Origin: Octopus sinensis
Taxonomy: Eukaryota
Assembly: GCF_006345805.1 (NCBI RefSeq)
Contig: NW_021826528.1
Span: 1 to 12,680 of the forward strand
Direction: 5' to 3'
Length of the DNA stretch: 12,680 nt
Shown piece by piece: positions 8,480 through 12,680 of the stretch. Below the pieces are notes generated by a model, which made no database searches, was not told the DNA's origin, and saw only the letters and a program-made list of their open reading frames with translations. How positions within the stretch are numbered: the first letter of the stretch is position 1; every line of letters begins with the position of its first letter. A program made the position numbers and the translations under genes.

Positions 8480-8684
8480 TCTGGTGTTATGGAAAGACAC
8501 AGAAAGGGTTCTTCACCCAAATCTATCATCTTATATCACAATTTTACCAAAGAACTTTATAATGACATCATACGAAAATATATTTCCCTTAGAACCCCAT
8601 TTCTCTGAAAAAATTTATTTCTTTGAATGTATATATATATATATTATATAATATACACACATATATATAAACTCGATATACCTA

Positions 8685-8829
8685 TATGTACGGTGTGTGT
8701 TGTGTAATAATATTGTGTATCGAAATTGCGAGATGATCCGGATCTTGACTGAAGATTGAAGGCTTCGAATGTCCCGTCCGTGTTTTTTGTATGTTTCACG
8801 TTTTGTCCCAGTTTGTATTTTTTACATTT

Positions 8830-8830
<1 letters not shown>
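8685..8830 (+). mobile_element. Short interspersed-repeat fragment between microsatellites, possibly a PLE-type 3' end
   Basis: Shares cgaaa...agatga...gactgaaga plus a T-rich tail with 5282-5400; no complete hammerhead. Confidence 0.3.
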
Positions 8831-8864
<34 letters not shown>

Positions 8865-8868
8865 ATAT

Positions 8869-8906
<38 letters not shown>

Positions 8907-9283
8907 ATTGTGTGAATGCATATATATTATGTTTGTATGCATATACGTATATGAGTGTGTACATGCTGTGTGTATGTGGTCTGCGTGTGTTTCTGTCTAT
9001 GTATATTTTCAAGCTCCACCCAAGAATTTGATGTTTTTAGATTTATAGATAATGTCTTTTTAATTATGTACCAGACGACATCGCCATAGATAACAATCCG
9101 ACATTTAACCGAGATACAACAAACAAGTCAACATAACATACTAATACTAGTCTTCATATTCTTTCTTTATACGAAATCGAATAATTACCACAAGGCATGC
9201 GACATAGGAATGGTATTTAGAAATATGACTAGATAAATAGTGTACAAATAGAAGTTCCGTTTCGTAATATGATTAAGCCCTCT

Positions 9284-9490
9284 GCGACGAGCTGGCAGAA
9301 AAGTTAGTGCATCAAACGAAGTAGTATTATTTTCGGCTTTACGTTCTGAGTTCAAATTCCATTGAGGTCGACTCGATTTGTCTGTCATTCAATGAAATGA
9401 AATACCACTTGTGCACCGGGGTCGATGTAATCGACTAGCCCCTTCATCGTAAATGTGAGGCCTTGTGACTTTCTTTCTGTACAAAGAATT
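9284..9490 (+). mobile_element. Diverged SINE family B
   Basis: gcgacgagctggcagaa...acgttctgagttcaaattcc...gaggtcgac...ggggtcgatgtaatcgacta matches 6841-7010. Confidence 0.85.
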
Positions 9491-9510
9491 AATACCATTG
9501 TCAAACCCAA

Positions 9511-9699
9511 GGTGGCGAACTGTTAGAATAGTTGGTGCAGCAGACAAAATGCCTGGCGGTGTTATTTCACATCCATGGCGGGGTCAGCTTAAAGGAGATA
9601 AAATATAGTATCAGTCAAGTACTGGGGTAAATGGTATTGACCGCAACCCCTTTCCTCAAAAATTGCATGCCATGCGCCTAATTGTTGGAAGCCATTATT
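9511..9699 (+). mobile_element. Highly diverged SINE family B with internal deletion
   Basis: ggtggcgaactgttagaatagtt...aaaatgcctggcggt...gataaaatatagtatcagtcaagtactgggg resembles the family B head and core. Confidence 0.65.
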
Positions 9700-9753
9700 T
9701 CTTTTAATATTATTGTTCTTGTTGTTGATGATGATAATGATGATGATGATGAT

Positions 9754-10020
9754 TCATTTAAGTACCCAGAGATAGGAAGAGGACCACCTAGCAAAATATG
9801 TCTGGGAACTAAAAGAAAAGGAAGCCCCACCTTTCAACGTAACATGGAGCATTCTGGACAGGCGGCACATACAGGCTTACAAAAAATTACAAAATCTTTT
9901 CAGTGCAACTTTGTCCTATTAGAAAAATGTACATCTATTCAAAGACAATAATTCTTTGAATCAAAGAAGTGAGCTAATGACTTATGTAGGCACGCGGCTA
10001 AATTTAAAATGTCGAATATA
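9754..10020 (+). pseudogene. Frameshifted C-terminus of a Penelope-like (Neptune-type) GIY-YIG endonuclease
   Basis: Across frames: SFKYPE..LAKYVWELKEKEAPPFNVTWSILDR (from 9788)..CN..LLEK..LNQRSELMT (9956-9982)..CRHAAKFKMSNI (9985-10020). This matches the pattern LSKYxWxLK..FxIxWxIL..CxLCLxEK..LNxRSEL..CRH..KF that I recognise from Neptune-type PLEs. Confidence 0.8.
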
Positions 10021-10120
10021 AATATACCATATGATAGAGTATATATTTTGTATTTTTGATTTTTGAAATTTTGATTTTGACTCTTGAACGATGAGCGCTA
10101 CGATGGATTTTGTTTTCCAA

Positions 10121-10146
10121 GCTATGCGGATCTTAATCCGTATAGC
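10121..10146. other. 11-bp stem hairpin, possible Helentron/HINE terminus
   Basis: gctatgcggat-ctta-atccgtatagc (one G-T pair), shortly after a T-rich stretch. Confidence 0.35.
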
Positions 10147-11079
10147 AAGTCTTATGTTTCTACATATACAATCATGACAAACCTTCGACCCTGTTTTCAG
10201 GTTACTGTATTGTAATAGGATTACCTTGATTATTATATTACCACTTGATTATTTATAAATGATCCAAAAGAGGGTGCATATTTTTATTTTATATGTCTTT
10301 CGTATATATTTTTATAATGCCCCATTCTTTTAAAAAAAAGCAAGGTTTTTTCAAAAAAGCAATGTTGTCAAAATTAAAATTTTTGATGTAAGTTGTGTAT
10401 AGCGAGGATATGTATTTGTAAGCTGCGTATCTGTGTATGTGTAAGTGAGAGTATGTTTGTGCTTAAGCACACATATACACGACTGTATGTATGTATCCAT
10501 ACGAACTTGTTTGTATACTTGTCTCCATATATGCCAATAACGCCGTTACACAGATTGTATACATAATTTTTTCTTATTTCGTTTTTTTCCCCAACCCTCC
10601 TTCGTTCCTTTTTCTCTCTCTTCCTTTCTTTCGTTACCCCCCCCACCTTACTCAGTAATATGAGAATCGCTACATCATGATGTTTAACTTGCGTGCGAGA
10701 TGGTTTTGCGTGAATATATGTACACATGCATTTATGTGTATATTTAGATTTATATTCATACGTCTGTATATGTATGGCGTTGGCGCGCATCTTTTTTTGT
10801 GTATGTTGATATATATATGCACATTTAATAAAAATATGTATTGCAGTGTAATATTTATAACAGGTTTAATTCCTATGAATTAATTTATACTTCTTCATTA
10901 ACGTCAATATGTATTTCATTCATGTAAGGTTTTTTCCTCGAATTTTATAATTTTTTATAAGGTTTATTATATATACATATATTTTGACCTTTTTGTTTAT
11001 CGCTCGAAGATTGACCGTTTTTTTTCTAAAGGCCAATCAAACAAGTCCATTCTTTTAAACGTGTAGCGTTTGTAAGAGT

Positions 11080-11263
11080 CTAGATTGAATTGATATATCG
11101 GTTCCATTCTAGCAAAAACTGTCTGATGAACGGCAACGAGAAACTCAGAGTAACAGATTTTGTTGAATTTTCTGCTGCTTAAAATAAAGCATATTTACTC
11201 TACCACTGGTATTGAGTACTGCTTTTTTCCACCTTGTTTCACATTTATGTGTTTACACTCCGG
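11080..11263 (+). mobile_element. Putative Penelope-like/retrozyme 3' terminal module ending in (TA)n
   Basis: Hammerhead at 11113-11162, AATAAA at 11183-11188, then a TA run from ~11270. Confidence 0.65.
11113..11162 (+). ncRNA. Minimal type I hammerhead ribozyme (core intact, weak stem II)
   Basis: caaaaactgt-CTGATGA-a-cg-gcaa-cg-a-GAAAC-tcaga-GTA^acagattttg. Stem I has one A-A mismatch, stem III is the palindrome CUC-A-GAG, and the 10.1-11.1 pair is A-A. Confidence 0.75.
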
Positions 11264-11359
11264 TATGTGTATATATATATATATATATATATACAACCAT
11301 CAACAAGGTAACAGTCATGTATACAACTTGAACTGACAGTACATATCAGTACATAAACA

Positions 11360-11530
11360 TGCGTTCACATGTACATACACATGTACACACACACAGACCC
11401 GTCTACACACTCTCCTAAATATTCACATACATACGTAAGTACATAAGTACATACTTGTGTATAGGCATCCGCACATGCATGCGCACATACATGTACACAC
11501 ATACATACATACATACAAACATACATACAT

Positions 11531-11570
<40 letters not shown>

Positions 11571-11590
11571 ACATACGTACATATATATCA
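11360..11590. repeat. (CATA)n/(CA)n microsatellite
   Basis: Directly visible. Confidence 0.9.
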
Positions 11591-11627
11591 TGAACTAACT
11601 GTTACTTTCTCAGATGCATAACGAAGT

Positions 11628-11678
11628 TTTGTCAGTGAACAGGGTGCGGCTTCAAAGCGACGAAAATATTTTGACAAA
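11628..11678 (+). ncRNA. Decayed type I hammerhead-like fold
   Basis: Stem I tttgtca/tgacaaa; core GTGAACA (two changes from CTGAAGA); hairpin gct-tcaa-agc in stem II; GAAA at 11662-11665; palindromic AATATT as stem III. Confidence 0.4.
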
Positions 11679-11780
11679 TTAATTTAAATGTGAAGTGAAT
11701 CTAACGGTTTTTGTGTGTTTCTAAATGGCTATGAACACCTTCCAACTGCAATTTTATATATTATAAATATATATATATAT

Positions 11781-11880
11781 CACGTGATCACGTGACCGAC
11801 CAGTCCATCAGATGTAGTAACATCGCTGGTCACAATGCGTTCGCATTATTTTTGGTCTTCGAATGACGCCACCCCGCTGC
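11781..11880 (-). mobile_element. 3' portion of a third SINE-like family (C) with a (CACGTGAT)n tail
   Basis: The minus strand ends ...ctggtcggtcacgtgatcacgtg. Family assignment is from my recognition of an octopus repeat; there is no second full copy in the window. Confidence 0.55.
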
Positions 11881-11934
11881 ATATATGTATGTATGTATGT
11901 AATATATATATATATATACATATATATATTAATA

Positions 11935-11974
<40 letters not shown>

Positions 11975-12035
11975 TATATAATATATCATATATATATTTA
12001 TATATATATACACACATATATATAATACACATATA
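11881..12035. repeat. (TA)n-rich microsatellite
   Basis: Directly visible. Confidence 0.95.
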
Positions 12036-12187
12036 TACGACGGGCTTCTTTCAAATCTACGAATCCACTCACAGGCCTTGGTCGGCCCGAGGCTATAGTA
12101 GAAGACAATTGCCCAAGGTGCCACGCAGTGGGATTGAACCCTGAACCATGCGGATTCGTAAGCAAGCTACTTACCACGCAGCCACTC
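12036..12187 (-). mobile_element. SINE family A head (tRNA-like part) without its usual body
   Basis: Aligns with 4657-4817 and with the reverse complement of 326-482. Confidence 0.9.
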
Positions 12188-12680
12188 TACATGAATGATT
12201 TTAAAGATATTGTAATAACCATCTACAAATTTTGTTATTGTTATTATGTAGCACCAGATCAATTCTAACCAAGACAATTCATCAATGATCAAAGCACTCC
12301 AGTCGTGACCATCCAATCTTGTTTTATATATATATATATATATATCCATGATTATTATTGCCCAAAGTATATTTCTTTTTTAAGTTAGAAGGGCAAGATA
12401 TTCGAGAGAATTCGTTTTTATTTCTATGAGAATTGATGACCATTTAAAGGTTTGCTTTGAAATGAAATACACGAAACAATAACGGGATCTGCAGGAAAAT
12501 CCATCAGCTCAAATTTAAAAAAAAAATGGGGGTTTAATAAATTTCTTGGGCCCCGAATCTAGTTGGCGGAAATACATTGTGAATCAACAATAGAAGAAAT
12601 ATAAAAAGAAAGTAATAATATATCTATATCTATAAAATTCACTGTGTGTTGTGCGTCTGAGTGTATGTGTGCTTATGTGT

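Overview
AT-rich, repeat-dominated eukaryotic DNA, most likely from an octopus or other coleoid cephalopod. That assignment is inferred from the tRNA-headed SINE families and the very high TA/CA/TATG microsatellite load. Nearly all ORFs in the supplied track are microsatellite artefacts. Supported content: copies or fragments of three tRNA-derived SINE families; a decayed RTE-like LINE fragment (-, ~1205-1985); two non-autonomous TIR elements, one a near-perfect 237-bp foldback; and a frameshifted Neptune-type Penelope-like (PLE) GIY-YIG C-terminus (+, ~9754-10020) that the ORF track misses. The most interesting signal is four unrelated type I hammerhead-ribozyme folds: one fully intact (5758-5843, -), one with intact core (11113-11162, +) and two decayed. 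Each lies roughly 50-190 nt upstream of a (TA)n run, consistent with several TA-microsatellite-associated PLE/retrozyme-like families. Short, phase-compatible candidate exons on the minus strand (~2932-3300 and ~6684-7910) may belong to a host gene of unknown product, but this is unresolved.
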